41,849 bases of DNA from Candidatus Kapaibacterium sp. GTDB lineage: Bacteria; Bacteroidota; Ignavibacteria; Kapaibacteriales; Kapaibacteriaceae. Shown here one piece after another: positions 28,946 to 37,530 of this stretch (position 1 is its first letter; every line of letters starts with the position of its first letter). The stretch covers positions 1-41,849 of the forward strand of contig JAURNF010000138.1 of assembly GCA_030830285.1 (NCBI GenBank), read 5' to 3'. The notes beneath the pieces are model-generated. The model was not told the DNA's origin. It did no database searches and was given only the letters and a program-made list of their open reading frames with translations. Made by a program: the position numbers and the translations under genes.

Positions 28946-28969
28946 CGACCCGCAGATCAGCTCACGACG

Positions 28970-28977
28970 TAGATTTG
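28970..28977 (+). promoter_or_regulatory. TAnnTTTG box (TAGATTTG), 6 nt upstream of ATG 28984
   Basis: Exact consensus match, back-to-back with the hflX box. Its position implies a leaderless or near-leaderless transcript. Confidence 0.45.
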
Positions 28978-28983
28978 TGGCCC

Positions 28984-30273
28984 ATGCAACGCTTCCTTGT
29001 CACCTGTGCGCTCATTGCAAGTCTCGTCCTGGCCTCGCAAGCTCAGGACCGCGACGGTCCGGCACTGCCCATCATTCTCGATCAAGCAGATTCAATCGTA
29101 GGATCGGGTCCGATCGCAACCGGGACACGTGAGTTTGTTGGACACGTGCGGTTTACGCAGGGGAACGTGACTGTTGAATGTGATCGAGCGATTCATAACG
29201 TGGCGTCTAACAGTGTAGAACTGTTCTCTAACGTCAAGATTCAGCAGCAGGGCCTTGTGCTTCTGGCTCCGTACGTGACCTACAGCGGAACGACGAACAT
29301 CGCTGTTGCTCCACGCGGAGTGACAGTGCGTGATAAACAGTCGACAATTCAATCCCGATATGCAACGTATTCCACCACCACGCACATCGTGGTGTTCCGT
29401 GATAGCGTGTTAGCACGTGATTCAGCGCAGTTGTGGGCAGATACGCTCGTCTACGATAGGGATGCAGACACGACGGTGGCGACGGGGCGTGTGATGATTG
29501 TTGATACCATGCAGCATTTGGTAACGAAAAGTGCCTATGCATTTCGTGATCCTGCACTGAAGATCATGCGGCTCCGTGGTGATGCGCACGTGTGGCAGTG
29601 GTCTGAGCCAAGTGAGGCAACAAAGGCCGGTGACACGCTCTATCTCAATGCAGATCGTATCACATCGAAGACTGACGAGGGTGGCACAAGCTATCTGGCT
29701 GAAACGAGCGTCGCAATGACCCGCGGTAATGTTGCTGCGCGGTGCGATTCGCTGCTGGCAAATCGCGCTGCTGGACGTACCGATTTGTTCGGTCACCCAG
29801 TTGTGTGGTCGGATTCGATGCAGCTTCATGCAGACACCATTGTAGCGTCGGGTGAAGCCGACCAGTTGCGGTCGGTGGTTGGCCGTGGTTCGGCGATTTT
29901 GGTGTCGCAATCCGACTCGGTGCGAACCGATCGGTACGATCAGATCGCTGGCTCGGTTGTTTCGCTCGCCATCGAGCAAGACACGATCCGCAACCTCGAG
30001 GCAGTTGGTGACGCGCAGAGCATCACCTTCCGGACAGAGGATGAGCAAGCCGAGGGACTGGCCAAGGTCGCATCAGACACCATTCGTGTGCTCTTTGACA
30101 ACGGTCAGCTCACGGATGTGGTTTGGTTAGGGGGCGTTGAGGGAGAGCACCACCCAGAGCCTGTTGTAGCTGGCAAGGCAGAAACGTATCGCCTGCCACA
30201 GTTCCGTTGGCGGACGGATCGTCCGCGTGCGCGCCCCCTTCCACAAGCGCCCGTTGTCCGTCTGCGGAAGTAA
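28984..30273 (+). CDS. OstA/LptA-like beta-jellyroll repeat protein (periplasmic)
   Basis: Signal peptide MQRFLVTCALIASLVLASQAQ. Repeated OstA-like segments of the type ADSIVG...REFVGHVRFTQGNVTVECDRAIHN, LWADTLVYDRDADTTVATGRVMIVD and MQLHADTIVASGE. The tracked 28684 start is an antisense-overlap extension. Confidence 0.6.
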   Translation: MQRFLVTCALIASLVLASQAQDRDGPALPIILDQADSIVGSGPIATGTREFVGHVRFTQGNVTVECDRAIHNVASNSVELFSNVKIQQQGLVLLAPYVTYSGTTNIAVAPRGVTVRDKQSTIQSRYATYSTTTHIVVFRDSVLARDSAQLWADTLVYDRDADTTVATGRVMIVDTMQHLVTKSAYAFRDPALKIMRLRGDAHVWQWSEPSEATKAGDTLYLNADRITSKTDEGGTSYLAETSVAMTRGNVAARCDSLLANRAAGRTDLFGHPVVWSDSMQLHADTIVASGEADQLRSVVGRGSAILVSQSDSVRTDRYDQIAGSVVSLAIEQDTIRNLEAVGDAQSITFRTEDEQAEGLAKVASDTIRVLFDNGQLTDVVWLGGVEGEHHPEPVVAGKAETYRLPQFRWRTDRPRARPLPQAPVVRLRK

Positions 30274-30322
30274 CCTATTTTCCTGCGTTGGGTCTTCCTA
30301 CCTCACCCTGCAGGCCCGTGTC

Positions 30323-33300
30323 ATGTCGCTTCGGCGGATCATCCCATATGTTGTCGTCCTCCTCGCACTTGTTACACACAGTGTTGCGCAGGTCGAGCGT
30401 GTGCTGCCCCGAAGGGGTGGTTCCTCGCTGGAGGGGACGTCGTTTGTTGTGGGGTTTATGGCGAACGAGATTCTCGAGGTAGGCGAAGATCCGCGGGTAC
30501 AGATCTTCATCTCGTCGCAGTTCGACGCCACGGTGACGATAAGCTCGCCACTTGCCAGTCCGGTCACGTACACCATTCCAGCATCCACCGTTCGTGTGTT
30601 CAGCATGAATGCGATGCATGTGGTCAACGCATCAGAACAGAAGTCGCCAAAAGCCATCTTCATTGATTCTGATGTGCCAATTGTGGTGTACACACTTAAC
30701 TCGCTGGCATTGTCGACGGATTCCTACACTGCGATCCCAATCAAGAACTGCGGCACGGATTACTTCACGGTAAATCGACCAACAGATTGGTACCGACCAG
30801 GTCGGTCGTTCAATCCACTCGACAGGGCGCCGCGTGTTGGCGAGTTTATGATCATGGCCACACAAGACGGCACAGATGTGGTGATTGACCCTCGCGTAGC
30901 AACCAAGGGTGGAAGATCGGCGGGGCAGCAGTTTTCGGTGCAACTGAACAAGGGCGACTGTTACCTCGTGCAGGCGCAGGCGACGAGACATGGCGGTGAT
31001 GACTTGACAGGTTCGTCGATAAGTTCGAACCTCCCAGTAGCGGTGATTTCTGGTCATATGCGGTCGAGCGTGCCAACGGACTCGACCATCAGTAAGGATC
31101 ATCTTGTTGAGCAGCTTCCCCCTGTGGGTAAGTGGGGCCGTGCCTACGCCACCTCTCCGCTAGCGCAGATCGTGCGTCCAGACGCATTCCGGATTGTTGC
31201 GTCGCGGCAGAACCAACTTGTTCGCCTGACCACGAGGTTTGGGTCAACCACCTTCACGTTGTCCACGCCGGGTTCTTGGCGCGATACCACGTTGAAGGAG
31301 CCAGCGTCGTGGTCGAGCGACGCGCCATTTCTGCTCACACAGTTTATGAGTAGCTCCACCTCCGGAGCGTATGGCGATCCGGCAATGGTGATCGTTCCAC
31401 CGACTGAGCAGTTCGTGAATCAGACGATGTTCCAGTTTCCTGTCCTAGAGGAGTCTGGACTCGACAATCAACACTTCTACTATTTCATCAACGTAGTTGC
31501 TGAGGCGTCCGCGCTATCGACGCTGCGTGTCAACACTACGTTGGCAACAACTATTGCGCCTGGTCTGCAAACGCAGACTATTCCGGGGACATCGTTGCAC
31601 TGGGCAACATTGCAATTGAGGGAAGGCGCATACACCATGCAAGCGGATACGGGTCGGTTCAGCGGTGTGATGTATGGAACATCGATTGTGGACTCGTATG
31701 CGAACATGGTTGGTGTGGCATACGACAGTATCCGTGTCGATGATGTTTCACCCCCGATGTACCGTCTCGCGGTTGGATGTGGCGAGGTCAGTGGTATTGT
31801 TCGCGATACGTCGAACATGCGCGCGAAGCTCGATGCTGTTCGCGTGATCACATCGCGCACGACAAACTATCGATGGTCGATTGTGCCAGCGCTTGATGAC
31901 TCAGCTGTTGCGGAAGTATGGGCGCAGGTGAAAGATCTCTGGCGTGATGCGCAGATAGTGCTCCATGCATATGACGATCAGGGGAACGGACGCGAATGGT
32001 TGTACACCTATGATGCTCCAAATGTTCAGGTCCCGGCTGATGTGGTCATTGATGCCACGAGCGCTGGAGTGCAATGCACCACGGCTGTGTTTCGCAACCG
32101 TGACACAACGCCCGTTACCATAGCGCGCGTATCGATCAATGGCGATGCGCGGTTCTCGCTTGCTGGACCGATCTTCCGTGATACGGTGATTGCACCTGGG
32201 GACTCGCTTGTGATTACCGTGTGCATGCAACGTACGGCTGATACATCGCAGGCTCGAGGCACAATTATCGTTGAATATCCATGTCGATTGCAGCGCTTCG
32301 TAAACGTCCGATCTGCGACGGTAGCAGCACTGTCCACAGTACTGCTCGACTTCGGAGATATCCGCGCAGGGGACACCGCATGTGGACGTCTGCCGATTGT
32401 CAACAGTGGTCCGTCGGATGTGACAGTAACTGCACTGCTTATTGAACGGCAGTGGCCACAGTTCCGCATCAACCTCAGCAGCCTGCGATTGCCAAGGTTG
32501 CTTCGTCCGCGCGACACACTTTGGGTTGATGTCTGCTTTACACCCGACTCAGCGATACGATACGAGCGTAACGACACCGTGCGATCGTCGCCTGACTGTG
32601 GTCTGCGAACAACTATTGTTGGTCGTGGGGTACGCCCCGACGTCGCCTCGATTACCATTGATTGGGGTCGGCGACGTATTGGAGTGTCGTACGATTCGAT
32701 TGCGATACTCCGAAATCGGGGGGATGGTTGGATCATCCTTGATGGTTGGACGGCATGGTCGGATTCGATTATTCGTACATCTGGTCCAGGATCGCCGCAA
32801 CGTCTCAATCCTCAGGACACCGTATCTCTGGGTATAGTGGCCAGACCAGAACGTCGCGGACTATTAACGCAGATCGACACTGTCCAACGCGATTGGACGC
32901 GGCATCAGCCGATAACTGTGCGGCATATCATCCAAGGAGTTCAGCCAGAGCTCAAGGGTATCGATACCGACTTTGGAACTGCCCTTATCGGGGAATCGAA
33001 GGACAGTGTCATCGACCATCTGATCAGCGGAAGCGATGGGGGCAATGGTCCGGTAGTCATACGATCCATACGCGTGCTTGGACCAGATTCTGCTGCGTTT
33101 AGCATCCCACAGAACGCTCTCACACACCCTTCACTCGCCGCGGTTGACACGCTGCGCGCTCGTACAGGATTTGCTCCACTCCGGTCTGGACCGCACGTAT
33201 GCGTTGTTGAGGTCACACATGACGGAGCATATGGTGCAGGGGATTCTGTCACACGCTATGTGCTTCGTGGGGATGGACTCAAGCCAGTGAGCTCAAAGCT

Positions 33301-34303
33301 TGGCCTGAGAGTCTCCTATGAGGCACAAGTACCCGTGTGCACCGATCAACCAATTGTGATCGTCGTGAAGAATGAAGGCGACGGCCCAGGGCGTATCGAC
33401 ACTGTGGACGTTGTTACGGACAACGGGCGCCGTCGTGTCGTGTACGATAGCCCTGGTGTCGAGATCTTGCCAGGGGGCCAGCACAGCTGGACTGTTGATT
33501 GGATGTGGATGAGAAACTCAAATCGCACGCTCATCGTGCGTGTGGTCGATGCCACCGGTGTCGAGCTCTTTGATACAGTTGTCGTGGATCTCTATGTACC
33601 GAAGGTTCAAGCAACATTGACGGTGCAGGGGGCTCCCTTACTTGAAACTGGACCTACTGAGCTACTCGTCGATGTGCAACTCGCATCTCCTGATGCTCTA
33701 GTGCAGCAGGCCAACCTCAGTGTGTACGTTCCTCGCACGCGGTTTGTCCTGTTTTCTCCCACCGCACGTGTGATTGGAACACAGCGTGGAATCGCCATCG
33801 ACACAATAGTGCCGGCAGAGCAGAGAAATGATTCTGTCAGAACAATACTGCCAATGAGCTCCGGACCATGGACGTATAAGGTTGTGTTCGCTGGGGTGTT
33901 CCTTTGGCAGGATCCGCAGACCTTCTCCATCGCGGTTACCGTGGACACAACGCAGTGTTTCGATGGGGCAGCCGATGAAGTTGTTGATCTCGCACTCACT
34001 CCGTGCGGATCCGGGGCCCGTGTTGTTCGGCTACAGGGTCGCCCCTCGATCAAGGCAACCGTTCTTAGTACTCCAGTGCATGACAATCTTTCGCTACGGC
34101 TTGAAACAGAGGCTCCAACGCGCATCAGAATAGCCGTGGAGACCCTCACAGGACAAAGTTTTACCCTTGTTGAAGGTTTCTCTTTGCAAAAGGGGGTCGA
34201 GCATTGTAATTTTTCGTGTTCCGGGTGGGCATCTGGAGTTTACCGTGTACTTGTACAGGGTAGTTCTGGAGAGACGGATTGCAAAGTCATCATCGTCAAC
34301 TAG
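30323..34303 (+). CDS. giant secreted surface protein: IgGFc-binding-N-like head + Ig-like ASH/choice-of-anchor-D modules + cohesin-like module + T9SS C-terminal sorting domain
   Basis: Signal peptide MSLRRIIPYVVVLLALVTHSVAQ. Head: EGTSFVVGFMANE...PVAVISGHMRSSVP...DHLVEQLPPVGKWG...GDPAMVIVPPTEQF...FSGVMYG. Repeated modules such as LDFGDIRAGDTACGRLPIVNSGPSDVTV. Cohesin-like block approx. 33595-33960. Cys pair (TTQC...TPCG). Sorting domain approx. 34061-34300 (ASGVYRVLVQGSSGETDCKVIIVN). Confidence 0.85.
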   Translation: MSLRRIIPYVVVLLALVTHSVAQVERVLPRRGGSSLEGTSFVVGFMANEILEVGEDPRVQIFISSQFDATVTISSPLASPVTYTIPASTVRVFSMNAMHVVNASEQKSPKAIFIDSDVPIVVYTLNSLALSTDSYTAIPIKNCGTDYFTVNRPTDWYRPGRSFNPLDRAPRVGEFMIMATQDGTDVVIDPRVATKGGRSAGQQFSVQLNKGDCYLVQAQATRHGGDDLTGSSISSNLPVAVISGHMRSSVPTDSTISKDHLVEQLPPVGKWGRAYATSPLAQIVRPDAFRIVASRQNQLVRLTTRFGSTTFTLSTPGSWRDTTLKEPASWSSDAPFLLTQFMSSSTSGAYGDPAMVIVPPTEQFVNQTMFQFPVLEESGLDNQHFYYFINVVAEASALSTLRVNTTLATTIAPGLQTQTIPGTSLHWATLQLREGAYTMQADTGRFSGVMYGTSIVDSYANMVGVAYDSIRVDDVSPPMYRLAVGCGEVSGIVRDTSNMRAKLDAVRVITSRTTNYRWSIVPALDDSAVAEVWAQVKDLWRDAQIVLHAYDDQGNGREWLYTYDAPNVQVPADVVIDATSAGVQCTTAVFRNRDTTPVTIARVSINGDARFSLAGPIFRDTVIAPGDSLVITVCMQRTADTSQARGTIIVEYPCRLQRFVNVRSATVAALSTVLLDFGDIRAGDTACGRLPIVNSGPSDVTVTALLIERQWPQFRINLSSLRLPRLLRPRDTLWVDVCFTPDSAIRYERNDTVRSSPDCGLRTTIVGRGVRPDVASITIDWGRRRIGVSYDSIAILRNRGDGWIILDGWTAWSDSIIRTSGPGSPQRLNPQDTVSLGIVARPERRGLLTQIDTVQRDWTRHQPITVRHIIQGVQPELKGIDTDFGTALIGESKDSVIDHLISGSDGGNGPVVIRSIRVLGPDSAAFSIPQNALTHPSLAAVDTLRARTGFAPLRSGPHVCVVEVTHDGAYGAGDSVTRYVLRGDGLKPVSSKLGLRVSYEAQVPVCTDQPIVIVVKNEGDGPGRIDTVDVVTDNGRRRVVYDSPGVEILPGGQHSWTVDWMWMRNSNRTLIVRVVDATGVELFDTVVVDLYVPKVQATLTVQGAPLLETGPTELLVDVQLASPDALVQQANLSVYVPRTRFVLFSPTARVIGTQRGIAIDTIVPAEQRNDSVRTILPMSSGPWTYKVVFAGVFLWQDPQTFSIAVTVDTTQCFDGAADEVVDLALTPCGSGARVVRLQGRPSIKATVLSTPVHDNLSLRLETEAPTRIRIAVETLTGQSFTLVEGFSLQKGVEHCNFSCSGWASGVYRVLVQGSSGETDCKVIIVN

Positions 34304-34314
34304 GGTGCAGGATT

Positions 34315-35130
34315 ATGAGGAGATTCGCTACCGCCGTCTTTGCGGTATTCCTCGCGGCGACGGGGAGCATGGTCGCACAGCAAGAGCTTGGTGCTCGTTC
34401 GAATCCGCTTGTTCCGGAGCGAAGCGCACCGCGCATCTACCTGGGACCAGTTGTGGGATACAACAGGTCGTTGCACTCTTCCGGCTTTCAGTCGGTAGCC
34501 GGTGACGTCCTTTGTCCGCAGTTCGAACAGGGTACCGACAACGGCTTCTATGTGGGCATGTCGTTCGAGTACTTGTTGGGCAAGCCGCGCGATTCGAAGT
34601 CATCGATTATCGCTCGCGTCCTGTACAACAACCTTCCGGCAGCGTATACCGTGCCTGGCGACACACTTCCGTCGCTCAGTGCCTCGGGTGAGGTTGTCAC
34701 ATCGGTTGTTGACCACACGGCAGACATCAAGTATGCGCTCCTCGATATCGAGGTGATGTACAAGTTGAATCTCTTCAACTCGAACTTTGGTGTTACTGTA
34801 GGTCCAGCTGTTGGTTATGTTCTCACAGCGCAGCGTGTACAGGCGATGAACCTTGTACAGCCGTTGAACGCACAGTTCGACCCAACGTTCTGCCCTGAGT
34901 GCGAGTACGTCAATGACGGTCGCACGGTGATTACAGCGCGCGATGACATTCCTGGGCACTCTGCGATTCGCGTTGCGATCAAAGCGGGCGCACAGTACGA
35001 AATCCCAGTGGGGCGTCTGCTTCTTGTACCAGCGATCTATTACAACTTCGGAGTAACAGAAGTGAGCGCAGCAGACAACCTCCGAATCAATGCATTTCAG
35101 GCTGGTATCGACCTGCGATTTGCACTGTAA
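34315..35130 (+). CDS. outer-membrane beta-barrel protein (OMP_b-brl_2-like)
   Basis: Signal peptide MRRFATAVFAVFLAATGSMVAQQ. Alternating beta-strand pattern (FYVGMSFEYLLG, YALLDIEVMYKLNLF, AIRVAIKAGAQYEI, LLLVPAIYYNFGV, AFQAGIDLRFAL). It starts 11 nt after the giant gene stop. Confidence 0.7.
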   Translation: MRRFATAVFAVFLAATGSMVAQQELGARSNPLVPERSAPRIYLGPVVGYNRSLHSSGFQSVAGDVLCPQFEQGTDNGFYVGMSFEYLLGKPRDSKSSIIARVLYNNLPAAYTVPGDTLPSLSASGEVVTSVVDHTADIKYALLDIEVMYKLNLFNSNFGVTVGPAVGYVLTAQRVQAMNLVQPLNAQFDPTFCPECEYVNDGRTVITARDDIPGHSAIRVAIKAGAQYEIPVGRLLLVPAIYYNFGVTEVSAADNLRINAFQAGIDLRFAL

Positions 35131-35158
35131 AGTCAGACCACAACAACGATAGAATGAT

Positions 35159-35182
35159 CGATGCCCGCCTCGGCGGGCATCG
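35159..35182 (+). terminator. stem-loop terminator after the OstA-like / giant / OMP unit
   Basis: Perfect 10-bp stem CGATGCCCGC-CTCG-GCGGGCATCG, 29 nt past the stop, followed by TTGTATGT. Confidence 0.6.
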
Positions 35183-35204
35183 TTGTATGTAGAAGGTCTC
35201 AAGA

Positions 35205-35705
35205 ATGGAACATCTTTGGTCGCCGTGGAGAGCTGCCTACGTCACGGATGAACATAGGCACACGTCAACAGACTGTTTTCTCTGTTCGGCTGCGGAAGAG
35301 GGGGCGGACGATGCTGAGTGGCTCGTGGCCGCCCGATTTCCATCGACAATCGTCGTGATGAACCGATTCCCGTACAATGCCGGACATGTCCTCATTGCCC
35401 CAAAGGTGCACGAAGGCAATCTTGCCCGTTTGACTGATGCGCAATCACAAGAGCTCATGACAGTTACACGACTCGTTATTCGCGCAATTGAAGACGAGGT
35501 TCGTCCTCATGGCTGTAACATTGGAATCAACATGGGATCTGCCGCTGGTGCTGGTGTGCCAGACCATCTTCATGTGCATTGCGTGCCTCGCTGGAATGGC
35601 GACACCAACTTCATGCCCGTGTTGGGTGAAACGAAGGTGATATCAGAGTTACTTCCTGAGATGCGCGAGAGGATTGCGCAAGCTATCGCGCGGGTTCGTG
35701 TCTGA
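35205..35705 (+). CDS. HIT-family protein (Ap4A phosphorylase / nucleotidyl transferase-like)
   Basis: N-terminal LWSPWRAAYV. NRFPYNAGHVLIAP. Histidine triad HLHVHCVPRW. Confidence 0.8.
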   Translation: MEHLWSPWRAAYVTDEHRHTSTDCFLCSAAEEGADDAEWLVAARFPSTIVVMNRFPYNAGHVLIAPKVHEGNLARLTDAQSQELMTVTRLVIRAIEDEVRPHGCNIGINMGSAAGAGVPDHLHVHCVPRWNGDTNFMPVLGETKVISELLPEMRERIAQAIARVRV

Positions 35706-36538
35706 TGAAATCATTCGCTCCCAAAAAAGAGTTTAGTCAGAACTTCTTGACTGATCGAGGCATTGCGGACAAGATTGTTGCTGCCGCTGAGTTACGCCCC
35801 GGAGATCATATCGTGGAGATCGGACCTGGGAAAGGCGTGCTGACCGAGCGAATGGTTGCATCTCAATGTGATCGACTGCTTGCCGTTGATCTCGATGAAC
35901 GTGCAGTTGCATTTCATGCAACACAAGCATGGAATCGACTGCCACGTTGTGAAGTTCGCCTCGGTGATGTATTGCGTATTCGACTTCAGGCAGAATTCCC
36001 TTCGTGTACGCGCCAGAATCGAGTTATTGTCGGCAACATACCGTATGCCATCACAAGCGATCTCATCTTCTGGGCTTTGGAACAGCATGCATCGGTCGAT
36101 CGCGTCGTGATGATGATGCAGCGGGAAGTGGCAAAGCGATGCGTTGCTGTGCCGCGCACGAAAGAGTACGGAATTCTTACCGTTGCAACATGGCTATATG
36201 CCGAAGCGAAACTCCTGTTCAATGTGCAACCTGGATCGTTCTTCCCGCGCCCAGCAGTCACATCATCAGTTATACGGTTTGTTCTGCGCGAGCAGCCAGC
36301 TGCTGATGTAGATCCTGTTGCATTTATGAAATTTGTTCGAGCTGCATTCTCGCAGCGACGGAAGATCCTACGTAATAGCCTCCAACAGTGGCTCATCAAT
36401 AATCGGATTGCGATTCAAGAGGGCGTGCAACTTTCTACATGCAATCTCGGTATGACGCGAGCTGAAGAGCTTCTGCCGCAGCAGCTCGTTGATCTCTACA
36501 ATGAACTGCGTTCCCTGACCACATCATCTCCATCGTAA
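35705..36538 (+). CDS. rsmA: 16S rRNA (adenine1518/1519-N6)-dimethyltransferase
   Basis: FSQNFLTD, SAM site VEIGPGKGVLTE, VGNIPYAITS and AAFSQRRK. One-nt overlap (TGATG) with the HIT gene stop. Confidence 0.9.
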   Translation: MKSFAPKKEFSQNFLTDRGIADKIVAAAELRPGDHIVEIGPGKGVLTERMVASQCDRLLAVDLDERAVAFHATQAWNRLPRCEVRLGDVLRIRLQAEFPSCTRQNRVIVGNIPYAITSDLIFWALEQHASVDRVVMMMQREVAKRCVAVPRTKEYGILTVATWLYAEAKLLFNVQPGSFFPRPAVTSSVIRFVLREQPAADVDPVAFMKFVRAAFSQRRKILRNSLQQWLINNRIAIQEGVQLSTCNLGMTRAEELLPQQLVDLYNELRSLTTSSPS

Positions 36539-36545
36539 TGTCTGC

Positions 36546-37505
36546 ATGAGTTCGTCTCCTATTCTCCATCTCCGTGACGTCTGGGATCGCATTCGAGGCA
36601 ATGCGCTATCAGTGGATGTGTACACGTTCATTGTGGTGGTACTGTATTCTATCGCCACTCTGATTTTCTATCCAAGAATTCCGCTGGCCACCAGCATCTT
36701 GTTCCAAAATGCTCTCATCGTCTCGGTCGTTGGTGCATCAATCCTACTGACATCAATGACGGGTTTGCAGCTGTTCCGATTCGTTCGGTACTTCTACATT
36801 GTTCCAGTGATCTACATGATGTACAATCAGACCAACCTGATTGTGCATGCAGTTTATCCAACCACCCTCTACGATGGCATGTTGATCAGTGCCGATCGGT
36901 TCTTGTTCGGTGTTGACCCAACTGTATGGTTAGGGCAGTATGCGGTACCTGCCATCACTGAGTACCTGCAAGTATGTTACTTCCTCTTTTACCTGCTGCC
37001 TGTGCTTCAAGCCATTGAGTTATGGCGACGCGGTGATCTGGAAAAGCTTGCTTCGTTTGGTACGGCAATGGCCTTCTGCTACTTCATCTCGTATCTCCTT
37101 TACTTCGCAATGCCAGCCATCGGACCTCGGTTTACACTGCATGCGTACGAGTCGATTGGTACCGAACTGCCAGGCCTGCTGCTCACGGACATCCTCCGGG
37201 GCCTCGTTGATGCAGGTGGGGGAATACCTCCAGGAGCTCTCGAGCCGGCGCGATGGGTAAATCGTGACTGTATGCCAAGTGGTCACACGATGCTAACGAT
37301 AACCAATATCATCCTAGCGTTCCGAAACCGCAGTCGACTCCGTTGGCTCTTTGTGCTGATCGGCGGAAGTCTAGTGTTCTCAACAGTTTACCTTCGGTAC
37401 CACTACGTGGTGGATGTCCTGGTTGGAGCTGCACTTGTGGCCGTCTGTCTGCCGTTGGAGCGGCCCGTTGATCGTTGGATCAAAACTCGACTCCAAATCA
37501 CGTGA
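36546..37505 (+). CDS. PAP2-superfamily integral membrane protein (PAP2_3 / Aur1-like subtype)
   Basis: Multiple TM segments. PAP2 C2/C3 motifs CMPSGHTM and LRYHYVVDVLVG. Confidence 0.7.
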   Translation: MSSSPILHLRDVWDRIRGNALSVDVYTFIVVVLYSIATLIFYPRIPLATSILFQNALIVSVVGASILLTSMTGLQLFRFVRYFYIVPVIYMMYNQTNLIVHAVYPTTLYDGMLISADRFLFGVDPTVWLGQYAVPAITEYLQVCYFLFYLLPVLQAIELWRRGDLEKLASFGTAMAFCYFISYLLYFAMPAIGPRFTLHAYESIGTELPGLLLTDILRGLVDAGGGIPPGALEPARWVNRDCMPSGHTMLTITNIILAFRNRSRLRWLFVLIGGSLVFSTVYLRYHYVVDVLVGAALVAVCLPLERPVDRWIKTRLQIT

Positions 37506-37515
37506 AGTTCACGTG
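37499..37515. promoter_or_regulatory. perfect 17-bp palindrome CACGTGAA-G-TTCACGTG spanning the PAP2 stop codon
   Basis: 8+1+8 perfect dyad verified by hand. It contains two CACGTG hexamers 11 bp apart. Confidence 0.4.
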
Positions 37516-37530
37516 GAAAAGTGTGTATCC

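Noticed and set aside
28684-28983. Upstream extensions of tracked ORFs: 28684 for the OstA-like gene, 30227 for giant 2, 2708 for mutL, 17936 for argS, 23726 for M20, 27513 for recN, 25835 for the HD gene, 16261 for the peptidase.
   Set aside because: The extensions overlap neighbouring genes and lack family-conserved sequence. Internal starts give canonical N-termini or signal peptides and tidy overlaps such as ATGA.
36546-37505. Linking the Aur1-like PAP2 protein and the IMPase (24308-25096) to an inositol-phospholipid or sphingolipid pathway.
   Set aside because: The two genes are 11 kb apart in different units. No inositol-phosphate synthase or CDP-alcohol phosphatidyltransferase is in the window. 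The PAP2 subtype call is from motifs only.
37499-37515. Reading the 17-bp palindrome as the intrinsic terminator of the HIT-rsmA-PAP2 unit.
   Set aside because: It overlaps the stop codon and is followed by GAAAAGTG rather than a U-tract. The T-rich octamers lie 30 nt further on, behind only a 4-bp stem. A terminator role is not excluded, but an operator reading fits the repeated CACGTG cores better.
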